Notes under the pieces: generated by a model | Told to the model about the DNA's origin: nothing | The model's input: only the letters and a program-made list of their open reading frames with translations | The model's database searches: none | Shown: one piece after another, positions 7,286 to 17,271 of the stretch | How the letters are laid out: each line of letters starts with the position of its first letter | Position numbering within the stretch: the first letter of the stretch is position 1 | DNA from: an uncultured Thermoprotei archaeon | Lineage (GTDB): Archaea > Thermoproteota > Thermoprotei > Thermofilales > B15-G2 | DNA: 38,518 nucleotides | Reading direction: 5' to 3' | NCBI GenBank assembly: GCA_965367815.1 | Contig: CBDUKN010000023.1 | Span: forward strand, 1-38,518 | Translations under genes and position numbers: made by a program

Positions 7286-10200
7286 CTAAGGCGGTGGCGG
7301 GATTGGTGGAGGAGGCGGCGGTGGGGGAAGCTTCTTTCTCCTTTTCAGTAGAAATACTGTTGCTCCGGCGGCTGTGGCGAGTGCTAGTGCAGCTGCTATG
7401 TAGTATGGTGTATAGTCTTCTTGGACTTCTACTGTGACTGTATTTGAGGAGGCGGCGTAGTTGTTTCTTGTTTCAGGTACTACTGCTACTATAGTCCACT
7501 TGCCTGTTTCATCGAGTTTAACTGTGGTAGTAAATGATTTTCCAGTAACTTCTATCTTTTTGCTGAGTATTCTTCCTGTAGGAGAAGTCATATTGATGAA
7601 AAGTTCTCCGTAGTACCTAGTAATATTTCCGCTGACGACTAGTTCCTCGCCTTTCTTTACGCTAGTTTTCTCTAATGTAATAGTTACTGAAGGCTTGCTT
7701 CTGCTTATTGTCAGTGCTACAGTATTTGACTCGTAGCCTGTAATAGTGTCAGGTATCTCTACTACTGCTACTACGGTGTAGTTTCCTGCAGGCAATTTAT
7801 CTGTAGAAATACTTGTAGTCTTACTGTATGTAGTAGAGTTTAGCAAAATAAAGCCTTCTTCTAACTCCTTATTATAGGCTAGGACTACTAGCCTGTAGTC
7901 AAGCACATTGGTGCTTACTTTTACTCCTACTTTTTCTCCGAAAACAGTTTTGCTAGGTGAAACAGTTAGTTTAACTGAAGGTGTCTGAGCTAAGTTTGCT
8001 TCAGAGACCTTAAAGTTCTTAATGTTATACTTTGAGCCCTGAGCTAGTAGCTGCTGGCCTTTACTTAGTACAATTTCTTTATTAGGAGTTTTTACGCGCA
8101 CGGATCCTTCGTAAATAGATATTGTTACTTTACTTCCGTCAACTTCTACTAGAACTTTGCTCTTAAAGTCACATATTCTGTAAGATGAGCCAGCACGTAT
8201 TATGAGCCAGCTGGGATGCCCTGTTGTTTGTACGAGAATTCTGCCCTTAACTACCTTTATTTCGTTTCTACTGAACTCTATTTGTGACTGATGAATTGAA
8301 AATAGTTTGACTTTTTCGAAGCAGACCATACTCCAGTGATTTAATGTGAGTTTATCTCCTTCGTGTATGACTGCTCCATAAATCTGGCTTTGCTCTAATG
8401 GAGTTTTCTTACCGTCTCTAATGTACTCTCCCTTCGACCTAACTATTATGACAATATATTTCCCTGAGACACTTCCTTTAGTTTTTGAGGAAGAAAAGAA
8501 GTGCTTAATATTGTACTGGTTGCATAATTCAACGATTTTTCCTCTTAAGTCGGGGTAGTGTTTGTAGGCGAGCGTGTTCCATTCAATAATAGTTCTAACT
8601 ACGTGGTTTGGCAGAACTTTACTGGCGTCTACAACTGCTAGGAACTGTGAATAGGCTTTAGTAGGGTCGCTGGAAAGCAGGTTAAGTAGGTAGCCTGCTA
8701 TTCTCCCTTCAACTAGTTCTCCTCTATACTTGCTACCCTTATAGATGTTTCCCGAATACATTTCTACTTTTGGTAAAGGAATGTCGTAGAGAGAAGCCAT
8801 TTTTGACTTAATGTACTTTAAGACAAGTGAGGCAAAAAACCAGCTATGACCTTCATCAAATGCAACGAACTCTGATGAGCATGGAGCATACGTAGAGCCG
8901 TGTTTTCCTCCAAGTTTTCTCCACCTAAAGTAGAGACTCGGGTCGGGCCAAACATTTTCTCTAACAGCGTGGCCATACTCATGGAAAATTCCTTCAAGGT
9001 CTCCTACAAGCCCTTTATCTGACCAAAAACTGTAAGTAGTGGATGCATCGTGCTCAAGTTTTATTTGTTGCCAGTAAACTGTAGTATAGTGGCACTGCCC
9101 TGTACCGTAGTACAGCGGGATATTTCTGATCGTAGTCGTTACTCTGGAGTCTACTCCGGCATCTAAGAGAAACTTGTAGATAGTATAGCGTATAAGTTTA
9201 TCCCAAGCATCGATGGTTCTTAGTTTAATTGTAGCGCCTTCAGTAATATCGAGTGGAGATTTCTCAAAAATACTGCTGGAATAGGTGTAGACTCGGGCAT
9301 TGTATGTTCTTAAGACCTTTATTCTATAGAAGTATTTGCCGCTAGAAGATTTTTCCTTAGATACAGTGTACCAAATTGTGGCTGGAGGAAAGTAGTCCCA
9401 TGTTTTGTAGTACCAGTAGTACTTAACGTAGCTCGTAGACTTTTCTTCGATAGTAATCTTGTATTTTCCCTCGAGGAAGCCTTTACCAGATTTTATTAAA
9501 AGTTCGCTTGCATTAACTATTCCGTCTTTATTTAATTTAATTACTTTCTCCTTCTTTGAATCTAAGTGTATTATCTTTATTTCCTTAGAGCTAAGTGGGA
9601 CAGTAATGAAGGATCCTTTAGAGTAATCGAGGTCTTTGTCTAAAGTGAACCTAATGTCACCGTAGAAGTCAGGAGTTTTTAAAGTGACTTTTATTTCAAG
9701 GGGTCGATACTCCCAGCTACTATCTAGATGAAGCTCGCTTAACGATTTATATCCCGGGCCACTATAATATTTTCCAGAAGAGACTATTTTTGCATAAAGA
9801 AGTAGTCCTGTCTCAATATCAACTAAAAGTGTGAATTCATCAAATTTTTCTTCAACATAGCCGTAGTAAAATATATGTGTCTTGCCACCGAATGTGTGGT
9901 GTTCTTTAACAATAAATGTTGCTTTACTATTGCTACAAGTCCATATACAAACCCACTGGGAATTGGGGGAGCTAGCAGGATACTTTTTCTCAAGCTTATA
10001 TGAAGTTAAGGCGAGTTTCCATACTGGGCGCCCGTTATATGTTGTTTTTCCAACAACCTTTAGCCATATAGTATATTCAACATAGTATACTTTTTTGGGT
10101 CCTTGAAGTAGTAAGGCTGCACCTCTACCTATTGACTTTACTTGACCTAGTTTAAGTTGACCAAAATAGAGATTAAGTTTACTTACATACAGGTATTTGT

Positions 10201-10456
10201 TCAAAAAGTAGTCTATGGTAAATTCATCAAGATATTTATTCTTATTATTATATATAGTTTCTAGTTTAATTTTATTACCGCTAATTTCAAGTATTTCGAG
10301 AGTACAAAAGTATTTTTCTCCTTGTTTATTTACAGTAACTGTTATTTGGGTCTTGGGTTTAATCCATGAGGGAGCATTAGAAGCATTATTTGTCATTATC
10401 ACAAGTAGCAGAAGCGCTAGTAAGAGGATTAATGCATGTTTTTTAATATGCATCAC
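7286..10456 (-). CDS. Large membrane-anchored surface protein: signal peptide, beta-rich domain, HExxH metalloprotease, FecR-like domain, Ig-like domains, TM helix, polyproline tail
   Basis: Hydrophobic N-terminus; IFHEYGH (8969-8983) plus AFDEG; FecR-like KVTISIYEGSVRV..EIVLSKGQQ; C-terminus AAALALATAAGATVFLL-KRRKK-LPPPPPPPPIPPP. Confidence 0.85.
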   Translation of the reverse strand: MMHIKKHALILLLALLLLVIMTNNASNAPSWIKPKTQITVTVNKQGEKYFCTLEILEISGNKIKLETIYNNKNKYLDEFTIDYFLNKYLYVSKLNLYFGQLKLGQVKSIGRGAALLLQGPKKVYYVEYTIWLKVVGKTTYNGRPVWKLALTSYKLEKKYPASSPNSQWVCIWTCSNSKATFIVKEHHTFGGKTHIFYYGYVEEKFDEFTLLVDIETGLLLYAKIVSSGKYYSGPGYKSLSELHLDSSWEYRPLEIKVTLKTPDFYGDIRFTLDKDLDYSKGSFITVPLSSKEIKIIHLDSKKEKVIKLNKDGIVNASELLIKSGKGFLEGKYKITIEEKSTSYVKYYWYYKTWDYFPPATIWYTVSKEKSSSGKYFYRIKVLRTYNARVYTYSSSIFEKSPLDITEGATIKLRTIDAWDKLIRYTIYKFLLDAGVDSRVTTTIRNIPLYYGTGQCHYTTVYWQQIKLEHDASTTYSFWSDKGLVGDLEGIFHEYGHAVRENVWPDPSLYFRWRKLGGKHGSTYAPCSSEFVAFDEGHSWFFASLVLKYIKSKMASLYDIPLPKVEMYSGNIYKGSKYRGELVEGRIAGYLLNLLSSDPTKAYSQFLAVVDASKVLPNHVVRTIIEWNTLAYKHYPDLRGKIVELCNQYNIKHFFSSSKTKGSVSGKYIVIIVRSKGEYIRDGKKTPLEQSQIYGAVIHEGDKLTLNHWSMVCFEKVKLFSIHQSQIEFSRNEIKVVKGRILVQTTGHPSWLIIRAGSSYRICDFKSKVLVEVDGSKVTISIYEGSVRVKTPNKEIVLSKGQQLLAQGSKYNIKNFKVSEANLAQTPSVKLTVSPSKTVFGEKVGVKVSTNVLDYRLVVLAYNKELEEGFILLNSTTYSKTTSISTDKLPAGNYTVVAVVEIPDTITGYESNTVALTISRSKPSVTITLEKTSVKKGEELVVSGNITRYYGELFINMTSPTGRILSKKIEVTGKSFTTTVKLDETGKWTIVAVVPETRNNYAASSNTVTVEVQEDYTPYYIAAALALATAAGATVFLLKRRKKLPPPPPPPPIPPPP

Positions 10457-10825
10457 CTCTTTGTTGAGAATTTAACAGTTATATATATAAGTTTTTCGTA
10501 AAATCATAAACTAATATTTTTTAGTTAAAAACTATCTTTTAGTATCATTATTTTAGCTATTATTGGATTAAAATGGCACTTTAAGTTACAGTATTTAGTA
10601 TTCTGATTAAATAAGAACTATTTTGAAAACTATATAGTTTTATTAAAGTAGTTTCATTAAATATTGTTAGCAGTAGGGTCAGAATTCATCCATAGTGTTT
10701 TTGATAAAACTTCATTAGTTTTTTATTATAGCCTTTAACTAAAATATTGTTTGTTTTTAGCTGAACGATCCAAGATTCTTTAGTTAGATTAAATTTAAGG
10801 CTAGTTAAGTACTATTTTTGAAATA

Positions 10826-11426
10826 ATGAGCACATCTATTTTTAACTGTGATTCTACGCTCTTTTACTTTTACCGAGACGTAGATGATTCTCTTGCTTTA
10901 AGATATGCTCTCAGAGAATTCACTGAAGGCTGGGACTTATTGGAGTAACTATAGTTTACGGTAATAATTTTGTAGAATTTACTTTTCACGATGCAAAAAG
11001 AGTAGTCGAAGTCTTGGAGAGAAATGTTCCTGTATTTAAAGGCGCGGCTTCTCGAAGAAATTTAGGTACTGTAAATGAGGCAGTTAAATTCATTATTGAA
11101 GCTAGTAGAGAGTATGGTAAAATACAAATATTGGCGACAGGTCCTCTTACCAATATAGCTAAAGCTACTTTAGTAGATGGAGAGCTTGTAGATAGAGTAG
11201 AAAGGATAGTAATTATGGGAGGAGTATTCCACTCGCACGATGTTATTGAGGCAGTCTATTTACTCAGAAATGATCTTTACTCGGCGAAAAAGTTAAAGTA
11301 AAAGTGCACACTAATGGCTTAAAGAAAGGAAAGGTTTATGTGAGGCCTGATGGGGATGAAATACTAGTGCTTGAAGACATAGATCAGAAAGCTTTTGCTG
11401 AAGAGTATTTTTCTACATTAAGTTAG
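10826..11426 (+). pseudogene. Inosine-uridine-preferring nucleoside hydrolase pseudogene
   Basis: RDVDDSLAL, (frameshift) IGVTIVYGN, VPVFKGA, ATGPLTNIA, IVIMGG then directly FHSHD (AEFN segment deleted), further frameshift; contains ORF 11014-11301. Confidence 0.82.
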
Positions 11427-11619
11427 GTAGCTTAATGCTAGTATAGATTCTTTAAGACCTTTTCCTCTTATTGTTATTAAAACGAAATTCTCTGCTGAGA
11501 TATGTCACATACTCATTTATATTTTAGCGGTAGACAGCTTTCGGTGCAATAAGTGGTGTCTTTAGAAGATAGTTCTTTTAGTAAAGTCTTGAGTAAAAAT
11601 TTCTCTAAAGTGATCTTCT

Positions 11620-13494
11620 ATGAAAGAGCTGCGATTTGATTTGAGTCAAGCGAAGACTATTAGGAAAATAAGGCAGCAGACTGATAGCTGGTCGCCTTTA
11701 GCTGAAGGACAGATTATTGCGCAGAAGTTCTTCAAGCCTTTTGTTTGTCACGCGGGATACGATGTTGATGGCGTTAAGCAAGTTGTGCTCTGGGCTAATG
11801 CAGGGAAGCTTACAGGCTACTTCGAGATAATTGACGTGACTACTAATAAGCAGCCTCCAGGTAAGCCGGCTGTAGTCTATAGAGGAGAGCTGAAGGGGTG
11901 GGGTAAGCATATTTGGGGCGGAAACAACTATATCGCGGACTTCACGGACTTCAGGAAAGAGGGCTTGTATTGGATAAGAGTCGTTGTCAGGGAGACTAAA
12001 GAGACTTCTGAATCCTATATTTTCAAAATAAAGAGGGGTCTTTACTTAGACTTAGCGAAGAAGGCGGCCAAGTGGTTCTACTACCAGCGCTGCGGTGTAG
12101 AAGTGCCTGGATGGCATAAAGCCTGCCACACAGAGGACACGATTATACTTGAAGATGGCACAAAAATAGATGCTACTGGAGGCTGGCACGACGCAGGAGA
12201 CTACGGCAAGTGGATTGGAAGCGGGTCTCACGGAGTTTGGGCATTAGCTACGCTTGCTGAAGAGCTTTTAAGAGAAGGCTTGGAAAGCGACGCTAAATGG
12301 GTATTAGATGAGGCTGCTTGGGAAGGAAAATACTTTTGCAAAATCTACTACAGGAAACTCAAAACATTTCTCCAGGTCTATGCTTCTGCTAAAAACTTCG
12401 AGCTCTCAGAAGAATATCCTCCTCTAGAAAATGTCTGCATATGGCTTGGAGCACCCGAAAAAGAGCCTCCACGCATAGTAACGCTTAAGCAGACACTTGA
12501 ATACTATCCTCCAACACTTTTCTTGAGGTCACATGTAGCTGCCTCCTTAGCTAAACTCGGGCGACTTATTTCACGCTATGACAGAGAATTCGCGGAGAAG
12601 TGTGCCAATATAGCGAAAGAAGTTTACGATTACATTACACAGAGCGCTCTTACTGAGCAAGACGAGAGAAATTATCTAGGATTTACTGCTAGAACACTAT
12701 TACTCAGCTTAGAACTGTATAGAATTACGGGAGACAACAAGTACTTGAGGGATTCTGAGAAACGAGTACAGGAGATACTGTCTTTGCAGGATAAGGAGGG
12801 CTTCTTCTACACAAATAGAGAAAAGAAAACAAAGTATTACTTCTGCGACCACCACCTCATAGGGCTATATGAGTACTTGAACTTAAAGCCTAATGAAGAC
12901 TTATCGAAAGATATTCGAGAAGCTTTTAGGAAATGGGCCGAGTACATAAAGCCTCTCTCAACGTTATCTAGCTTCGGTCAAATAGGCTTTATCGACGAAC
13001 AAGGCAATGTAAGAAACCTCTTCTCCAGAAAGCCTTCAAATAGATTCTTAGCGGCATATGCTTGGGGCTTCGCTACGGCAGCAATACTATTCGACAGTAG
13101 AGAATACTTAGAGATAGCAGAACACCAAATACAGTGGATTCTAGGCTTTAATCCCTGTGATGTTTCTATGATGGCTGGTGTCGGCGCAGGACCTGGCTGC
13201 TATCATCACAGATACTGTTTCATAGAAGGCCATGAAGACGGAGTAGTGCCTGGCGGAGTACTTAATGGAATAGTAGGCGGCAACGGCGAAGTCTTCGATA
13301 TAGGAGACTTTAGGACAGGAAACTTCATCGTATCAGATGGGCTTCCAGTAGACTACCCTATAATAGATACTGACGCCAAGGGATGGACTTACGCCTATAT
13401 GACTAACGAGTACTGGGTGCTCAATAACGCCTGGTTCATTATGGGCTCGATTCAAGTACATAGAGCCTTAAGAGAGCTGAAAGCAGGTAAATAG
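11620..13494 (+). CDS. Glycoside hydrolase family 9 with N-terminal Ig-like domain, cytoplasmic
   Basis: FYYQRCG, DATGGWHDAGDYGK (catalytic Asps), WILGFNP, HHR, TNEYW (acid Glu); no signal peptide. Confidence 0.92.
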   Translation: MKELRFDLSQAKTIRKIRQQTDSWSPLAEGQIIAQKFFKPFVCHAGYDVDGVKQVVLWANAGKLTGYFEIIDVTTNKQPPGKPAVVYRGELKGWGKHIWGGNNYIADFTDFRKEGLYWIRVVVRETKETSESYIFKIKRGLYLDLAKKAAKWFYYQRCGVEVPGWHKACHTEDTIILEDGTKIDATGGWHDAGDYGKWIGSGSHGVWALATLAEELLREGLESDAKWVLDEAAWEGKYFCKIYYRKLKTFLQVYASAKNFELSEEYPPLENVCIWLGAPEKEPPRIVTLKQTLEYYPPTLFLRSHVAASLAKLGRLISRYDREFAEKCANIAKEVYDYITQSALTEQDERNYLGFTARTLLLSLELYRITGDNKYLRDSEKRVQEILSLQDKEGFFYTNREKKTKYYFCDHHLIGLYEYLNLKPNEDLSKDIREAFRKWAEYIKPLSTLSSFGQIGFIDEQGNVRNLFSRKPSNRFLAAYAWGFATAAILFDSREYLEIAEHQIQWILGFNPCDVSMMAGVGAGPGCYHHRYCFIEGHEDGVVPGGVLNGIVGGNGEVFDIGDFRTGNFIVSDGLPVDYPIIDTDAKGWTYAYMTNEYWVLNNAWFIMGSIQVHRALRELKAGK

Positions 13495-13495
13495 G

Positions 13496-14728
13496 TTACT
13501 GTAAACGAGACTTTATGTTCGACTCGATCATACTCAAAATACGCTCAACACTCCACACTTCAATGTTCTCAGGTTTCTCTGGAAGCGCTTCTTCGTAAGG
13601 GACTATTAGTATTTTTCTAGTATTTTTAAAGAAATATAGCTTGTTTTCAACTTGTTTTAATTCACTTCTATCAATACTTTTTCTCCACTTAACTTCAGCA
13701 ACTACTTTAAGCCTATTGAATTCTGCTAAAGCTATATCAACTTCATAGGGCTTAACTACAGCTACTGGAACTAAATTAAAAATCTTCGCTAGCATGTTCC
13801 TAAAGAATATTTCGATATGCCGCGGCAGTTTTTCGCGAAAATATTTTTCACTTAAATCTCTTTCCGAGAAATTGTATTTTTCGTCAAGGTAATAGTAAAG
13901 ATCTACCATAGGCGATGAAACATAGTAGTAGTATCTTCTTCCACCGAATTCGCGGATTCTATCTAAAAGGCCTATTTTGCATAAAGTATCTATAAAAGAT
14001 GACACGAGTCCATGGTCATTTCTTTTAATTAGTTTTCTCGAGTAAAGGCAATTCGCTATTTCAGTTACTCTAGTTTTACCTGAAGCAATAGCTCTCAGTA
14101 CTCCTTCGTACTTAGCACTAAATTCTCTTTCTTCTTCGCTAAAGACTTCGCCGAGAAGAGCCGGCACAGTTAATTTAAAGCCTTTAATTAATTCAAAAAG
14201 ACTAATTCCTTTTTCAAAACTTCTAGCTAAAATAGGTTCTCTTAAATAGACAGAGTACTCTACTAAGCTTTTTAAATCAGATATATGTTTCTTCAAGTTA
14301 ACTAATATGTCTCGCTCATCTATTAAGTCTACTCTATACTCGTAAAAAAGTCCAATAAGAGGAGAACCGGGTCCAAGAATTTTCTTCACTAAATGTAGAG
14401 TAGAAGTAACTAGAATAAGGTTTTTTGGAGACTTAAGGTGAATTAAGTCAAGAAAATCTTCTGGCAATCTATGGAACTCATCTACTACGACTAGCTCATT
14501 TTCCTCAAAAAGTCTTTTTAATATAACTATAAAGGACTTGTAGTCTAGAGTTTCTTCTAATTTTTCGCAAAATACTCCGCCATCTCTTTTAACGAAAAAG
14601 TAGTGAGAGTCTCTGAAAACATGTTTTACTAGAAAAGTTTTTCCAGTCTTACGCCTACCGTAAACTAGTAGATTTCTAGGAAGATTCTTCAGCTTCTCTT
14701 CATCAGTGTGTCTTTCTACGATAACCAC
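13496..14728 (-). CDS. Archaeal ATPase (ATPase_2 / DUF234-like) with wHTH and PD-(D/E)XK C-terminus
   Basis: VYGRRKTGKTFL, VVVDEFHRL, EVDIAL..VAEVKW; GTG at 14728 preferred over 14827 because it avoids the overlap. Confidence 0.85.
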   Translation of the reverse strand: MVIVERHTDEEKLKNLPRNLLVYGRRKTGKTFLVKHVFRDSHYFFVKRDGGVFCEKLEETLDYKSFIVILKRLFEENELVVVDEFHRLPEDFLDLIHLKSPKNLILVTSTLHLVKKILGPGSPLIGLFYEYRVDLIDERDILVNLKKHISDLKSLVEYSVYLREPILARSFEKGISLFELIKGFKLTVPALLGEVFSEEEREFSAKYEGVLRAIASGKTRVTEIANCLYSRKLIKRNDHGLVSSFIDTLCKIGLLDRIREFGGRRYYYYVSSPMVDLYYYLDEKYNFSERDLSEKYFREKLPRHIEIFFRNMLAKIFNLVPVAVVKPYEVDIALAEFNRLKVVAEVKWRKSIDRSELKQVENKLYFFKNTRKILIVPYEEALPEKPENIEVWSVERILSMIESNIKSRLQ

Positions 14729-14775
14729 AGTTATCCTAACTAAAATTATCCTAATAAGTATTATCCAAAGAGTAC

Positions 14776-15543
14776 TTAGAGAGACTTTATGTAAAGTGCG
14801 GCGTAGAAAGCCGATGCTACGAAGCACGTAGCCCAGAGAATAACACTTACTTTAAAGTAAAGCATAGGCTTCTTGTAAGTTCTTGAACTCAGCAGCGGAA
14901 TTTCGTGTGAAGGTACTTTTGAAGCTAAATCGAGTAGCTCTTCTTCAGTTTTCTTTAAGAGCTTGTAGTAGTAGAGCGCTAAAGCTGGAGGATAAGGATA
15001 AGCAGGGTGCTTAATTCGAGGAAATATAGGCATGGCTGATATAAGGAAGAGGCCTGCAATAACTCTTAGATCAAGAGGCATACAATTAGCTAAAAATATT
15101 ATGAGAGGTAAGCCGAATGAGCAAGAAACTATAATACCTAGGGAACACTCATTGAGATTCATTAAATAGTCGTAGTATTTGATGAAAGACATGTAGTATT
15201 TATCTAAAGTTCTAATATTACATGTATCTAGTTTAAATACTTTAAGTTTCTCTATAAGATTAGATAAAGTTAAAGGTACTTCAACATAACTTCTCTCACG
15301 TGAATAAAAGTACACAATAATACGTATACAGCCTCGCGGCCTATATTGAGGAGAGTAGTAAAGCCTATAAATAAGTAGCTTAATTCCGCTGCTCGAAAAC
15401 ACTTGAGTAGCTTTATACCGTATTTCGCTTTCAGTTAAAAACTTCTCTACGATTTCTATGACTTGAGAAGGAGGAATATTTAAAAAAGATTTCCAGTACT
15501 TCTCGGCTAGCATTCCATTCAATGAATATAGAAAGTAATCCAA
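14776..15543 (-). CDS. Hypothetical membrane protein (about 3 TM segments)
   Basis: 255-aa ORF with hydrophobic stretches; no recognised motif. Confidence 0.6.
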   Translation of the reverse strand: MDYFLYSLNGMLAEKYWKSFLNIPPSQVIEIVEKFLTESEIRYKATQVFSSSGIKLLIYRLYYSPQYRPRGCIRIIVYFYSRERSYVEVPLTLSNLIEKLKVFKLDTCNIRTLDKYYMSFIKYYDYLMNLNECSLGIIVSCSFGLPLIIFLANCMPLDLRVIAGLFLISAMPIFPRIKHPAYPYPPALALYYYKLLKKTEEELLDLASKVPSHEIPLLSSRTYKKPMLYFKVSVILWATCFVASAFYAALYIKSL

Positions 15544-15649
15544 TATATTGTTTATTTACGTTAAACTATTAGATTGATATTAATATAGTCTTCGAGAACC
15601 TACTTAGCGTGTACCCTATTTTCTATAAGATTAGGAGAAAAGTGGCTTG

Positions 15650-16559
15650 TAGCGCTACTTCCGCGGAGTAAGCCTTTTTCTCCAATAGACTGCAATGATA
15701 TTATTTCTTTTTAGTAAAACTAAATAATTTTCTAAAAAGGGGTTTAAAGCATACTTAATACTAGAAGAAATAAAAATAGGTGAGAAGACTATACCAGAAG
15801 GATTGATAGCACTACCATATGCTGAAGAGCTTGTAGACGAATTACATAGTGTAGGGACTTTGCGCTTAAATGTGAGAGCACTAGAGCTTTGATTACCAGA
15901 TAATATTTGATGTAGATGGCTTAAGCAAATACGATATACTAGTACTTCCACCTAGCACAGGAATAGGGCTTGCGAAAGCTCTTGGTCCACAAGGATGTTC
16001 AGTTGTCAAAAATATGTTAAAGAGGGCGGAGGATGTGTAGGAATATGTGCTGGAGCATATCTTCTCGCGAAAGGATATACTGAAGAAGCATCGATGCTAG
16101 AGCTACTTGAAGCTGAAATTAAAAACTGGCCAATATGGTATCTTGGCATAGGCATAGTATATCTCAAAACAGTGACAGAACATCCTGTAGTCTACGGCTT
16201 TCAAGGAGAATTTCCTAATTATATATTGGAACGGCCCTATTTTCTACAAAAACAATATTAGAGAAGAGAAAGCGAAAGTTTTAGCAGTGTACTCTGAAAT
16301 AGCTGAAAAACAGTTTTCGGCAAAGGAACTAAAAGAGAACCTAGATTAAGTAACCGAGGTAATGTACTCTGAGCCAGCTATACTTGCCTCAAACTATGGT
16401 AAAGGAAAAATAGTTGCTATAGGGCCTCACCTAGAGCTAACTGATGCCTCAAAAGAAACACTTGGCGCAGTCTTAGAATCAAAGTATAACTGGAGACTTC
16501 TGTTCAATGCAATATACTATGTTTCAAGGAAGTCGCGCGTAAAAAATATTGTATTATAG
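15650..16559 (+). pseudogene. BPL_N / class I glutamine-amidotransferase-like protein pseudogene
   Basis: YVKEGGGCVGICAGAYL nucleophile elbow (15995-16261) and PAILASNYGKGKIVAIGPHLE (16362-16559) in separate fragments with stops and frameshifts; 5' end approximate. Confidence 0.72.
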
Positions 16560-17135
16560 CTACTCTACATACAGATGAAATTCAGTGCATTTACCTTCTT
16601 TTATTATAGAAACCCACTTTCCTTTAAGAGACTTTGCTTTAAACAGAGTATAGGCAACACCGCATAAATCTCCACTCGAAGCACCTAAGTGTAGAGCGTA
16701 GAGAGTATATGAAATAATTATTAGCACTACGTCAGTGTTCGCTACAGCGTGTAAGAAGACAGCTAAAAAGGCGATAGTTAGAACTTGGGGAAGCAGAGCT
16801 ACAATAATGTACTCAACGATGCTTATTTCTCTGTAAACAATCATAATACCCAAAGGAATTACCTTAAACATTTTAATCAGCTCTACTTTAGCTAAATCTA
16901 CTTTAAGAAGCTTAAAGCCGATTAAGTGCAGTATTTCGTGAACAGCAATAGTAATTAGCATTAACGCAAATACAGGCAAGAGGTCTATTTCAGTAGATTC
17001 ACAGCAGAGTCCAGGTCTAAGAGGTTTAGGCATGAAAATTATTTGAATAAATGCTAATCCAAGGAAGCTCAACGACGCAGCGAGTATAATTAGCTGAGTT
17101 CTAGTATCCATTTTAATAACAGCAACCTTTTTCAC
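16560..17135 (-). CDS. DUF3267-type membrane zincin metalloprotease
   Basis: AVHEILH within TM segments, YIIVALLP, ASSGD motif. Confidence 0.75.
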   Translation of the reverse strand: MKKVAVIKMDTRTQLIILAASLSFLGLAFIQIIFMPKPLRPGLCCESTEIDLLPVFALMLITIAVHEILHLIGFKLLKVDLAKVELIKMFKVIPLGIMIVYREISIVEYIIVALLPQVLTIAFLAVFLHAVANTDVVLIIISYTLYALHLGASSGDLCGVAYTLFKAKSLKGKWVSIIKEGKCTEFHLYVE

Positions 17136-17271
17136 AAAGTCTTCAAGCTACACAGAATTATAAGCTTTGCTAGCTCAGTCAATTTTCGTTTCCTAATAAT
17201 CTATTTCGTAAATTTTCATGAATGCCGAATAGACTTTGAGTACATAAGAGGCTTAAATAAGTTACATTCTA

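Noticed and set aside
7286-7330. G-rich tracts (also 30960-31000) as G-quadruplex or simple repeats
   Set aside because: Explained by polyproline codons on the opposite strand
10480-10820. Very AT-rich intergenic stretch as a possible origin or CRISPR leader
   Set aside because: No ORB boxes, direct repeats or adjacent cdc6/cas genes; explained as a divergent promoter region
15655-15951. 98-aa - strand ORF
   Set aside because: Antisense to the BPL_N-like pseudogene; no motif
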